Assembly (NCBI GenBank): GCA_037147395.1 | Contig: JBAWVG010000002.1 | Location: 1,962 to 65,961, forward strand | Length of the DNA: 64,000 nucleotides | Direction: 5' to 3' | Source: Nitrosomonadaceae bacterium | GTDB lineage: Bacteria; Pseudomonadota; Gammaproteobacteria; Burkholderiales; Nitrosomonadaceae | Shown: piece after piece, positions 1 through 11,600 of the stretch | Numbering within the stretch: position 1 is the stretch's first letter | Layout of the letters: each line of letters starts with the position of its first letter | Notes under the pieces: model-generated | What the model was told of the DNA's origin: nothing | Seen by the model: only the letters and a program-made list of their open reading frames with translations | Databases searched by the model: none | Translations under genes and position numbers: made by a program

Positions 1-130
1 GCAGAGTACGTGATTCTAAACTACACAGGGTAGGCATGGAAAAGAATCGGTATCGGAATGATCTTATTTATCTGATCAGGGGCACTGCTCTTCATGTATC
101 CAGTCGTGTTCATTTTTACTCTGGGACTGC

Positions 131-1297
131 CTATCCTCGAGCACCGAACATCATGCGACGTGCAACGAAACGCTTGATCGGTGGCAGACAATCAAGAGCG
201 CTCAATCCAAGGTTACGCATACCACTCAATATGGGGTCATCATTGGAGAAAAGTTTTACCAAAGAATCAGTGAATACTCGTCCCGCTTTACTATCCATCC
301 GTCGCCTATGAGCATATCTCGCGAGCATTGCGGGCGTACCGATCTCAGTCTCGGATGTGACGATCTCATCGGCCATTTCCCAGGCATCACGCAGCCCCAG
401 ATTGAAGCCCTGCCCCGCGACCGGGTGTAGCGTCTGTGCTGCATTACCCACCAATGCAATACGCTGTGCTGTGACAGGGTCTGCATACTTAAGCGCAAGT
501 GGGAAGCCAGATCGTTTGCTGGTATCCATAAAATGGCCGAGACGATCACCAAAATGCTCATGCAACCGCGCAAGAAAGCCTGCATCATCTAGGCTGAGTA
601 TCTCCTTCGCCGCTGTGGGGGAGACGGTCCACACCAATGCAAAGTAATCACCCATTGGCAATAAAGCCACCGGACCATCTGAAGTAAAGCGCTCGTAGGC
701 GATCCCGCTTTGAGGAACTCCGGTCTTGATACGAGCAACCACCGCCCATTGATCATACTCTTGAACGTGCTGGGTCACTCCTTCAACTTGCCCGATGAGG
801 CGCCCACCATCAGCTAATACCAGCAGCTTCGAGGTGACCTGTTTTACCGCTCCCCCATGTTGAAACTCAACCTGCCCCTGTCCTGCACTTGTCTCCAATC
901 GAGTGACCTGTGCGCCCTCTAAATAATCGACATCACAGGCCTGTATCAATCCATACATCGCTCTAAATACATCATGGTGGTTGACCACATACCCTAGGGC
1001 CGGAACACCGACACCATCAGCGGTCAACACGGCACGGCCGAAACCACCCCGGTTAGACACATGTATGTTCGTGATGGGGGTGATTTCAGGTAAGGTCTGC
1101 CACACACCGAGTCGATGAAGGATCAGATGACTACCATGAGATAGCGCCAATGGGCGCAAATCTTCCGCCTTTTCAGGGAACTCACGCGACTCCAGCAGCA
1201 GCACCGACAAACCACTTTCGCGTAGCGCAAGAGACAAGGCCATCCCTACCGGCCCTCCCCCAATAATAATGAGATCATAATGGTCTCGAACTATCAT
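131..1297 (-). CDS. ubiH: FAD-dependent ubiquinone-biosynthesis hydroxylase (UbiH/UbiF/VisC/COQ6 family)
   Basis: N-terminal Rossmann motif DLIIIGGGPVGMALSLAL and family-typical length. Lies downstream of pepP as in the E. coli pepP-ubiH operon. ATG at 1297 preferred over the TTG at 1318 used by the ORF track. Confidence 0.85.
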   Translation of the reverse strand: MIVRDHYDLIIIGGGPVGMALSLALRESGLSVLLLESREFPEKAEDLRPLALSHGSHLILHRLGVWQTLPEITPITNIHVSNRGGFGRAVLTADGVGVPALGYVVNHHDVFRAMYGLIQACDVDYLEGAQVTRLETSAGQGQVEFQHGGAVKQVTSKLLVLADGGRLIGQVEGVTQHVQEYDQWAVVARIKTGVPQSGIAYERFTSDGPVALLPMGDYFALVWTVSPTAAKEILSLDDAGFLARLHEHFGDRLGHFMDTSKRSGFPLALKYADPVTAQRIALVGNAAQTLHPVAGQGFNLGLRDAWEMADEIVTSETEIGTPAMLARYAHRRRMDSKAGRVFTDSLVKLFSNDDPILSGMRNLGLSALDCLPPIKRFVARRMMFGARG

Positions 1298-1318
1298 CCC
1301 TGTGGCCTTTGAGTCCAA

Positions 1319-1651
1319 CTAATCTCGTCCCGTCTTGTTGGTCTTTATTTCTATAATCTCTGCATCCTCTATCACTTGGTACTCGCTCTCTACCGCCGCC
1401 GCGGGACCTTCCAATTTCCGCCGTAACCACCATAATCGCAACCAAAATCCAGCAGCAGCGACGGCGAATAGTCCTAAAAAAACCGCAAAAAAGAACATCC
1501 CCAGTACCGCCAGAATGATGATTCCAGGAACCAAGACCAAATACAACAACCAGCGATTCATGGGGGAGACCTGTATAGAGCGCTCTTCTGAAGTCCCCAT
1601 ACCTGGCCCCCGAGATATCTGTCTGATAATTATTTTACTGTTCTCGTCCAC
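1319..1651 (-). CDS. Small hypothetical membrane protein (two predicted TM helices, acidic C-terminal tail)
   Basis: ORF packed between the pepP stop (1656) and the ubiH start. Hydrophobic stretches WLLYLVLVPGIIILAVLGMFFF and AVFLGLFAVAAAGFWLRLWWL. Start is uncertain (GTG 1651, ATG 1600 or ATG 1561). No family recognised. Confidence 0.5.
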   Translation of the reverse strand: MDENSKIIIRQISRGPGMGTSEERSIQVSPMNRWLLYLVLVPGIIILAVLGMFFFAVFLGLFAVAAAGFWLRLWWLRRKLEGPAAAVESEYQVIEDAEIIEIKTNKTGRD

Positions 1652-1655
1652 GATG

Positions 1656-2966
1656 TTATTGCTGCATCAATTGTTCAATCTGAGCTACTGTCTTGGGTGC
1701 AGCAATGGTCAAGACCTCACATCCCGTATCCGTTACCGACACATCATCCTCGATACGCACGCCGATATTCCAGAAGTGTTCAGGCACGTTATCTGCGGGA
1801 CGGATATAGCAACCGGGTTCAACAGTCAGCACCATCCCCTTTTGTAGGGGTCTCCAGTGACCATTCATCTTGTATTCACCCGCATCGTGTACATCCAGCC
1901 CCAACCAGTGACCGGTCCGGTGCATATAAAACCGCTTATAGTCTTCAGACTGGATGACCCCATCCACACTTCCATGACAGAGCCCCAGATCAATAAACCC
2001 CTGGACCAGCACCTGCAGTGCTGCCTCATGCGGCGCGTTCCAAAGAGTACCGGGCCGCACAATGGCGATCGCCTCCCCCTGTGCCGCCAGAACCAGTTGA
2101 TATATATCCTTCTGCGCCGCGCTGAATTTCCCGTTCACTGGAAATGTGCGCGTGATGTCAGCGGCATAACCATCCAGCTCACACCCCGCATCAATTAGCA
2201 GCAGGTCACCAGACTTAAGCTCTGAATTGTTTTCAATATAATGCAGCACACAGGCATTGGCACCCCCCGCAACGATCGGAGTATAGGCGGGCGCCTGCGC
2301 ACCATGACGTCGAAACTCATGCAGCAGTTCTGCCTCTACCTCATATTCATGCAACCCGGCCCGGGTTGTCAGCATCGCACGGCAGTGGGCGCCGGTAGAG
2401 ATCTCTGCCGCACGGCGCATGACCTGCAGCTCCTCCTCACTCTTGAGCAATCGCATCTCATCCAGCAGCAATCGGATGTCATGAATGGCCGCTGGTGCGA
2501 CGACACCGCTGCGCCCTTGCTCTCGCACCCGGTCGACCCAGCCGATCAAGCGTGCATCCCAGTCTCTATCCTGCCCCAATGAACAATATACTGCGGGCTG
2601 ATCTGCCAGAAGCTTGGGCAGCATCTCGTCTAACTGGGTGATGGAATAAGCCTCGTCGAAACCAAAGGCCTCTCGTGCGGCATCCGGTCCATGACGAAAT
2701 CCATCCCAGACCTCCCGCTCCTTATCTTTGTCACGACAGAATAGGATTTGCTTAGATTCGGCTTCTGCTGACCCTGCTACCAACACCAGCAAAGCCCCCG
2801 GTTCGCTAAAACCCGTTAAGTAATAAAAATAGCTATCGAACCGGTAAGGATGATGTGAATCTCTGCTCCTCACCCGTTCCGGCGAGGCTGGAATAATGGC
2901 CACCCCATGGCGCATCATTGATGCCAGATATCGGCGATGTTCGATAAAGGATTTAATCGGAATCAT
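1656..2966 (-). CDS. pepP: Xaa-Pro aminopeptidase
   Basis: N-terminus aligns by eye to E. coli PepP (HPYRFDSYFYYLTGF vs YPYRQNSDFWYFTGF). C-terminal M24 motifs HRTGHWLGLDVHD and EPG are present. ATG at 2966 fits the homologue length better than GTG at 3020. Confidence 0.92.
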   Translation of the reverse strand: MIPIKSFIEHRRYLASMMRHGVAIIPASPERVRSRDSHHPYRFDSYFYYLTGFSEPGALLVLVAGSAEAESKQILFCRDKDKEREVWDGFRHGPDAAREAFGFDEAYSITQLDEMLPKLLADQPAVYCSLGQDRDWDARLIGWVDRVREQGRSGVVAPAAIHDIRLLLDEMRLLKSEEELQVMRRAAEISTGAHCRAMLTTRAGLHEYEVEAELLHEFRRHGAQAPAYTPIVAGGANACVLHYIENNSELKSGDLLLIDAGCELDGYAADITRTFPVNGKFSAAQKDIYQLVLAAQGEAIAIVRPGTLWNAPHEAALQVLVQGFIDLGLCHGSVDGVIQSEDYKRFYMHRTGHWLGLDVHDAGEYKMNGHWRPLQKGMVLTVEPGCYIRPADNVPEHFWNIGVRIEDDVSVTDTGCEVLTIAAPKTVAQIEQLMQQ

Positions 2967-3037
2967 GGAGCGATTTTCACAGGATTTACAGGATAAAGCA
3001 AAGTTCCCCGGATGTACCACTGCAAACTTTGCGTGAT

Positions 3038-4784
<1,747 letters not shown>

Positions 4785-4886
4785 CACCAATCCGCGATTG
4801 CCTAATTACCCGAAGTATGAGATTTTATCATGCAAGCATCACACGTCACCCGACCGGTTGACGGACCATCAATGAAGGAGAGAGTC

Positions 4887-5141
4887 ATGCTGAATCAAAA
4901 AATATTAGATGAAATAAGCAGCAAGATCAATGATTTAATGGCACAAAGCCCGGTAAAGGATGTCGAAAAGAATCTGCGAGTGATGCTGGCTGGGGTCTTC
5001 TCCCGTCTAGATTTGGTGGGGCGCGAGGAGTTCGACATACAGCAAGAGGTGCTAAAACGTACACGCGAGCAACTGACCGCATTAGAAGAACGGTTGGCAG
5101 GACTGGAGGCTGCTGGAGAGAAGAAGAAAAGTAAGTCATAA
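4887..5141 (+). CDS. ubiK: Ubiquinone biosynthesis accessory factor UbiK (YqiC/BMFP family)
   Basis: RLDLVGREEFDIQQEVLKRTREQL closely matches E. coli YqiC [24 protein letters not shown]. The ATG at 4887 is preceded by AAGGAGAGAG. Confidence 0.88.
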   Translation: MLNQKILDEISSKINDLMAQSPVKDVEKNLRVMLAGVFSRLDLVGREEFDIQQEVLKRTREQLTALEERLAGLEAAGEKKKSKS

Positions 5142-5219
5142 GCTGGTTGCAGATACTCAGTCGTAAAAAGAGCTCACAGAGTGGCCCTAAGCAATGGGCA
5201 TACTGCTAAAAAGGAAATC

Positions 5220-6623
5220 ATGTTCTCAAAATACCTAGCCCATGCTGCAGGACTCGTGTGTCTCCTAGCCTCATCATTTGCTGCGGCCATCGCCCCTGAA
5301 CAAATTCTACTGCAAGTCTCGCCTTCTATCGTGGTGGTTGATATTTCTGATATCTATGGCAAATCCATTGAGAAGCGTAGCGGCGTCGTAATCGATATAG
5401 GTCAGGTGGTTACCAGTTGCCATGCAATTCAGAAGGATAGGAACTTGCAAGTTTGGCACGAAGGCAGTTCTTTCAAGGCTAAGCTGCAACACTCGGACAC
5501 TGTCCGTAACTTGTGCCAACTAAATGTCCCAAGGCTAAGGGCTCCTCCAACAATCTTAGGGGCAACCCAAAAACTTAGGGTGGGTCAACACGTTTATGCG
5601 GTTGGCACTTCGAAGGATCAAGATCTGGACTTGAGTGAGGGGATCATCTCTGGTCTGCGTCCGCATGGAAGTGCGCAATATATTAATACCTCCGCCATTA
5701 TTTCTCCCAGTTCAAGAGGCGGGGGCCTGTTTGATGATCAGGGAAAGCTAGTAGGCATTTCTACATCTGACACTATCGAAGGAAAAAACTTTAACTTCGC
5801 ACTCCCAATCGAATGGACCCGTGAACTCCCCATAACAGCAAAAATAGCGCAATCGGGAGCCAAGAAAGAGAGTGGTCTGGACCGACTAAACCTCTCTATT
5901 GCACTTGAGAAGAAAAAAAATTGGCAGAGCCTTCTAAAGCTTTCACAGCAGTGGACTAAGAGTGAGCCTGGGGATACGGTTGCTTGGTTCAGTCTGGGCC
6001 TAGCTCAAGCCGGCCTAAAACAGTATGACCGAGCCATTCAAGCCTACCGTGAGTCGATACGCATCCGACCAGAGTATGCTGACGCCTGGTACAACCTGGG
6101 CGTTTCCTACTTCAGTCTTAAACAACACCCTCAGGGGATGCACGCTTACCAGGAGGCGCTGCGTATACAGCCCGAGGGTGCGGATGCTTGGCGCGGCCTA
6201 GGAGTTGCCTATAGTGGATTAAAGCAACACGACCAGGGCACCCATACCTCTCGAGAACCAATACGTACTCAACCTGAGTCTGCTAATGCTTGGTACAACT
6301 TAGGCAATTCGTACTACGATCTCCAGCAGTTTGACCAGGCAGTTCAAGCCTATCGGGAGTCGCTACGGGTTAGACCTGAAGATGCTAATACTTGGTATAA
6401 CCTAGGCGCTGCCTATGATGAACTCAAGCAACAGGATGAGGCAATTCGAGCTTATCAGGAGGCCTTACGCATCCAACCGAGATACGCCATGGCCTGGTAT
6501 GACTTAGGGAAGGTCTACTATTTTCAGGGTGAACAGGGGAAGGTACGAGAGATTTATCATACCTTACGGAAAATTGACCCAGCACTCGCGGTCAAGTATT
6601 TCAATGCTTTGATTCTGCCTTAA
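5220..6623 (+). CDS. Secreted HtrA/DegP-like (S1C) domain fused to six TPR repeats; catalytic Asp and Ser positions substituted (predicted pseudoprotease)
   Basis: Signal-peptide-like N-terminus MFSKYLAHAAGLVCLLASSFAAAIA. RSGVVID..VVTSCHAI aligns with DegP GSGVIID..VVTNNHVV. SDTVRNLCQLNV aligns with KDPRSDIALIQI. TSAIISPSSRGGGLFDDQGKLVGISTS aligns with [27 protein letters not shown]. The C-terminal half is AWYNLG-type TPR units. ATG at 5220 is preceded by AAGGAA; the ORF track uses GTG at 5181. Confidence 0.8.
   Translation: MFSKYLAHAAGLVCLLASSFAAAIAPEQILLQVSPSIVVVDISDIYGKSIEKRSGVVIDIGQVVTSCHAIQKDRNLQVWHEGSSFKAKLQHSDTVRNLCQLNVPRLRAPPTILGATQKLRVGQHVYAVGTSKDQDLDLSEGIISGLRPHGSAQYINTSAIISPSSRGGGLFDDQGKLVGISTSDTIEGKNFNFALPIEWTRELPITAKIAQSGAKKESGLDRLNLSIALEKKKNWQSLLKLSQQWTKSEPGDTVAWFSLGLAQAGLKQYDRAIQAYRESIRIRPEYADAWYNLGVSYFSLKQHPQGMHAYQEALRIQPEGADAWRGLGVAYSGLKQHDQGTHTSREPIRTQPESANAWYNLGNSYYDLQQFDQAVQAYRESLRVRPEDANTWYNLGAAYDELKQQDEAIRAYQEALRIQPRYAMAWYDLGKVYYFQGEQGKVREIYHTLRKIDPALAVKYFNALILP
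5940..6590 (+). repeat. Six in-phase tandem 102-nt (34-aa) TPR coding units
   Basis: The conserved Trp-containing element (gcctgg/gcttgg/acttgg) recurs at 5982, 6084, 6186, 6288, 6390 and 6492, exactly 102 nt apart. Outer boundaries are approximate. Confidence 0.85.
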
Positions 6624-6678
6624 TGAGCCTGGTTCAAATAGAACCGATACCCGTCATTACACCTACATGAACGCCCTC

Positions 6679-8295
6679 TTACTCGAATATCAACTCATCA
6701 TCTTTCAGTCTATAAGTCCCGCCCGACCTATCCTTAGTCGTTGATGTGCGCTTCGTGCCGACGCGTACCTCGACACCCTCAAGAAAATGTTGCTCTGCCT
6801 TGACCATAGCCCCCCGACTGGCGGCAATCTCCTTCTTTAACTGCACCTCATCCAGATTAAGTTGCTGCTCTTCATCATCAAGCGAGGTAAGGGTTGAATT
6901 TGCAGATTCGAGTGCAGATACTGATACTCGATCCGGTTTGTTCGCTGCCAGATCGATCAGTTTGCGTACCTTAAACCGTCTGACCTTTAGATCATCACGA
7001 CTCTCAGAGAGCTTGGCCATACGTGCATACAATGAATCAGAGGTACGTGCAATCACAACCGTCCTCGAACGCGAGGGCGAGCCAATAGTCTTCGCTTTGA
7101 CTAATTGACCGGCGGTCGCCACCCCGCCGATGATATGACCCCTACGACTTCCATCACCAACGATAATCTGGACGGCAGCAGTTAATGTACACATCATCGT
7201 GTAATCACGGATGAAAATACCTTGCCCCGCATTAATAACCGCGTTCTGTGTGAAGTTCGCATTAACCGATCCTCCGGCCTCGGTTATAGGATCGATCGTA
7301 AGCTCATTCTCAAGTTTTTCTGGATGACCGATCAGACCCCCGATCACGACGATATCACCCTTTGCAATTAATCTAGCGCCTTCAGTCGAGCCCTTGATAT
7401 GAATGTCACCATCTGCCTTGATCGTCATGCCACTTTGAACCTCTCCAGTCACAATGACCGTCCCGAGGAAATCAATATTACCGGTATGGAGGTCAACATT
7501 CTTGACGGTATAGACCGGCTCCACCTTCACCCCATTAGGGATTAAATAAGGACAACCATCAATCTTTGCGATCAATAAATCTGCATCATTACTATCAATT
7601 TCGGCCCCTTCAAGTCCTGCAGTAAACTCAAGACTCACCCCCTCTTTTGCAGGGATAGGCGTGCCCGATATGGTAAAACCAGGCTCGCCAGCACCGGCGG
7701 GATGACGCCTCATCAATGAATCACCCGTATACACAACGAGAATTTCACCTAAATCACGGAAATTGGCAATGCCCTCTTCATCAACCTGCGGAACACGCTC
7801 CTTCATTTCAGGAAGAAGGCTCTCAAATCTAGAATCAAGACCATCTTCAGCTGGCTTCCCACTTGCTATCAGAACACTATCGCCCTCCTCACTGATCGCA
7901 CGTTTAATTGCTTCCATATCAAGATCTACGGTGATCTCTTTATCTTTCGCTTCTTCAAGGATACTCTCGAGTGTCACTGCAATCCCACCGCGCGGATTAA
8001 AGCAGGTCAGATATGCGCTGAGCTGACCATCATCGATCTTGATGAAGAACTCTCCATCCGAAGCAGCACCTATGGCGAGTTCAAAGGGAGTCCGATCGTT
8101 GTAATTACCTGTAGCCTCGAGCAAGGCATCTTCATCCAGATCACACTCGCCGAATCCCGCAGTTTCAATCGCCTTTCTAAAGTGATTGAGCGTGATCTCT
8201 TCAACATCACCTTCTGGAGAGAAACAAGCCATCACAGCACGTCCATCTTCGCCTAGGCGTATGGATAGATATTTTAAATGTGAATCTTCGGACAT
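6679..8295 (-). CDS. DUF342/FapA-family protein
   Basis: 538-aa ORF with the family-typical layout. N-terminal region with EITLNHFRKAIETAGFG, a central G/I/V-rich beta-helix-like repeat region (GNIDFLGTVIVTGEVQSGMTIKADGDIHIKG...) and a C-terminal coiled coil. Recognised from memory of the family, not from a search. Confidence 0.7.
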   Translation of the reverse strand: MSEDSHLKYLSIRLGEDGRAVMACFSPEGDVEEITLNHFRKAIETAGFGECDLDEDALLEATGNYNDRTPFELAIGAASDGEFFIKIDDGQLSAYLTCFNPRGGIAVTLESILEEAKDKEITVDLDMEAIKRAISEEGDSVLIASGKPAEDGLDSRFESLLPEMKERVPQVDEEGIANFRDLGEILVVYTGDSLMRRHPAGAGEPGFTISGTPIPAKEGVSLEFTAGLEGAEIDSNDADLLIAKIDGCPYLIPNGVKVEPVYTVKNVDLHTGNIDFLGTVIVTGEVQSGMTIKADGDIHIKGSTEGARLIAKGDIVVIGGLIGHPEKLENELTIDPITEAGGSVNANFTQNAVINAGQGIFIRDYTMMCTLTAAVQIIVGDGSRRGHIIGGVATAGQLVKAKTIGSPSRSRTVVIARTSDSLYARMAKLSESRDDLKVRRFKVRKLIDLAANKPDRVSVSALESANSTLTSLDDEEQQLNLDEVQLKKEIAASRGAMVKAEQHFLEGVEVRVGTKRTSTTKDRSGGTYRLKDDELIFE

Positions 8296-8619
8296 TACAG
8301 TCGCCTCATCAGATCACGCGAATTTCTATAGTACACCGAATTTAATATTACAAATATTATTAAAAAACACCCTAATTAAGATAGAGATATATCACTTGAA
8401 TTCAATTGGTTGTATGACAACCGATTAAAACCTGGAGAAAAGTTCCAACAGCCTCTTAATCGTTACAGATCGGCCCCGAGTCTTGGCGTATATCAACAAC
8501 CTGTATATGCGCAGGGTATTTGTCAGGATGGATAGGATAGATGGCTAACAACCCCTGCTAACCACGGCATTGCAAGGGCCATGATAGAATCCCACCTCCA
8601 ACGGACATAGAATCTGACC

Positions 8620-11600
8620 ATGAATAAAGACTACCGAACCGCTCTATTAGAGGACCTTCTCAGTCAACGAATCCTATTGCTAGATGGGGCTATGGGGACG
8701 ATGATCCAGAGCTACACACTTAATGAAGCGGATTATCGCGGCACTCGATTTGCTCATTTCCCACACGACCTCAAGGGAAACAATGATCTTCTGACGCTGA
8801 CTCAACCGCATATTATTCATGAAATTCATACCGGTTACTTGGAAGCGGGTTCGGATATTATCGAGACCAATACCTTCAATTCCACGACCGCCTCGATGTC
8901 CGACTATCATATGCAGGATCTGGTATATGAATTAAATTTTGCTGGGGCGAAATTGGCGAAGGAAGCAACCCTGGCAATGGAGGCAAAAACACCGGACAGA
9001 CCTCGCTTCGTAGCCGGCGTATTAGGGCCAACCACCAAGACCGCCTCAATCTCACCGGACGTGAATGACCCCGGTTTTCGGGGCATCACTTTCGACCAAC
9101 TGGTTGCCGATTACACCGTCGCCATCAGCGGCCTTCTGGCAGGGGGCGCTGATATCCTGCTGGTGGAAACCATCTTTGATTCTCTCAACGCCAAGGCGGC
9201 TCTGTTCGCAATAGATCAATATTTCGAGGATCATGGCATCCGTGTCCCGATCATGATCTCGGTCACCATTACCGATGCCTCCGGACGCACTCTCTCCGGA
9301 CAAACCCCAGAAGCATTCTGGGATTCAGTCAGTCATGCCAAACCATTATCGGTGGGATTAAACTGCGCACTGGGCGCAGAATTGATGCGTCCTTACATCG
9401 AAGAGCTATCCAAGGTTGCCGATGTTTATACCAGCGCGCACCCCAATGCCGGTCTACCTAATCCACTGGCAGAGACTGGCTACGATGAATCGCCTGATTA
9501 CACTGCCAGCCTGATCAAGGATTTTGCAGTGTCAGGATTCGTCAATATTGTGGGCGGCTGCTGCGGCACAACGCCCGCGCATATCAGAGCCATCGCCACT
9601 GCAGTGAACGGCATTGCGCCACGCATTATTCCCAACGTTCCAAAAAAGTTGCGACTATCTGGACTGGAGCCATTGAATATTGATGATGACTCCCTATTCG
9701 TGAATGTGGGGGAGCGTACTAACGTTACCGGATCGAAAATTTTTTCCCGTTTAATACTCGGCAATAATTATGCGGAGGCCTTGAGTGTCGCCCGCAGCCA
9801 GGTAGAAAGTGGCGCTCAGATCATCGATATCAATATGGATGAGGCGATGCTCGATTCGCAGAAAGCGATGGTAACTTTCCTCAACCTGATTGCGGCTGAA
9901 CCGGATATCAGCCGCGTACCGGTCATGATCGATTCGAGCAAGTGGTCAGTAATTGAGGCCGGCCTGAAATGCGTACAAGGTAAGGCCGTGATCAACTCCA
10001 TCAGCATGAAGGAAGGTGAGGAGGAATTCATTAAGCATGCGCGGTTAGCGCGCCGCTACGGGGCAGCCGTGATTGTGATGGCCTTCGATGAATCTGGACA
10101 GGCTGATACTCAGGCACGTAAGGTCGATATCTGCACTCGTTGCTACCGCATCTTAGTAGACCAGGTGGGATTCCCTCCGGAAGATATCATTTTTGATCCG
10201 AACATTTTCGCAGTTGCCACCGGTATTGAGGAGCACAATAATTACGGCGTCGACTTCATCGAAGCCACTCGCATCATCAAGAAGACCCTGCCACATGCCA
10301 AGGTGAGTGGTGGCGTATCTAATGTCTCATTCTCCTTCCGAGGTAACGAACCGATACGAGAGGCGATCCATACGGCCTTCCTGTATCACGCCATCCAGGC
10401 TGGTATGACCATGGGCATCGTTAACGCTGGGCAACTGGGTGTTTACTCGGATATCCCACCGGACTTACTAGAAAGGGTTGAGGATGTACTGCTCAATCGC
10501 CGCAGTGACGCCACCGAGAGGCTGGTGGAATTCGCCGAGAATTTCAAGGGTCAGAGCAAGGAGAGGGTTGAAGATCTCACTTGGCGCGATGAGCCGGTTC
10601 AGCAGCGTTTGACACACGCCCTAGTCAAAGGCATCAATACCTATATCGTTGAAGATACCGAATCAGCACGCTTAGAAATCACTGCCCAAGGCGGGCGCCC
10701 AATCCAGGTGATTGAGGGGCCTCTGATGAATGGCATGAATGTAGTTGGTGATTTATTCGGCTCTGGAAAAATGTTTCTGCCACAAGTAGTCAAGTCAGCA
10801 CGGGTCATGAAACAGGCAGTGGCACATTTACTACCCTTCATCGAAGCAGAAAAGAAACGTTCCGGTGATTCTAGGCCCAAGGGAAAGATCGTCATCGCAA
10901 CGGTTAAGGGCGACGTACATGACATCGGCAAGAATATCGTCACAGTGGTACTGCAATGCAATAACTATGAAGTGGTGAATATGGGTGTAATGGTCCCGTG
11001 TGCGCAAATCTTGGAGATGGCACGACGGGAAGGGGCCGATATCATTGGCCTATCCGGGCTGATTACCCCCTCTCTAGAGGAAATGACGCATGTGGCAAAA
11101 GAGATGCAACGTGAAGGCTTCACCATCCCTCTACTGATTGGTGGAGCGACCACCTCACGCGTCCATACCGCAGTGAAGGTCGCACCGCACTACAGCGGTG
11201 TGACTGTATGGGTGCCGGATGCAAGCCGCGCCGTAGGGGTATGCAGCAATTTACTATCGGAGGATCTACGCTCAAATTATGTCACGGAGATCCAGACTGA
11301 ATATGAGAAAGTTCGTACCCAGCACAAGAACAAGAAAGGACAATCTCCGATGCTATCGATTGCGGAAGCGCGTAGAAATGCCCTCAAAATAGATTGGCAG
11401 AACTATACCCCTCCCGAACCTAATTTTTTAGGTATCAAATCGCTCCGCAACTACCCACTAGAAAAACTTGTTCCCTATATCGATTGGGGCCCATTCTTTC
11501 AGGCTTGGGAATTGTCCGGGCCCTATCCAGCAATCTTGCAAGATGAGGTGGTGGGTGAGGCTGCTCGCAATCTGTTACGCGATGCTCAAGACATGCTAAA

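Noticed and set aside
1335-1847. 170-aa plus-strand ORF opposite the small membrane ORF and the pepP 3' end
   Set aside because: It is antisense to two tightly packed minus-strand genes. The product is low-complexity with no recognisable domain, so it is most likely a frame artefact.
8296-8619. Cobalamin or SAH riboswitch upstream of metH
   Set aside because: SAH riboswitches do precede metH in some beta- and gamma-proteobacteria. I see no AGGAGCGCUGC / CAGGCUCGG / AACGGCGCUCAC-like cores and no B12-box. This is unverified without an Rfam scan (RF01057, RF00174).
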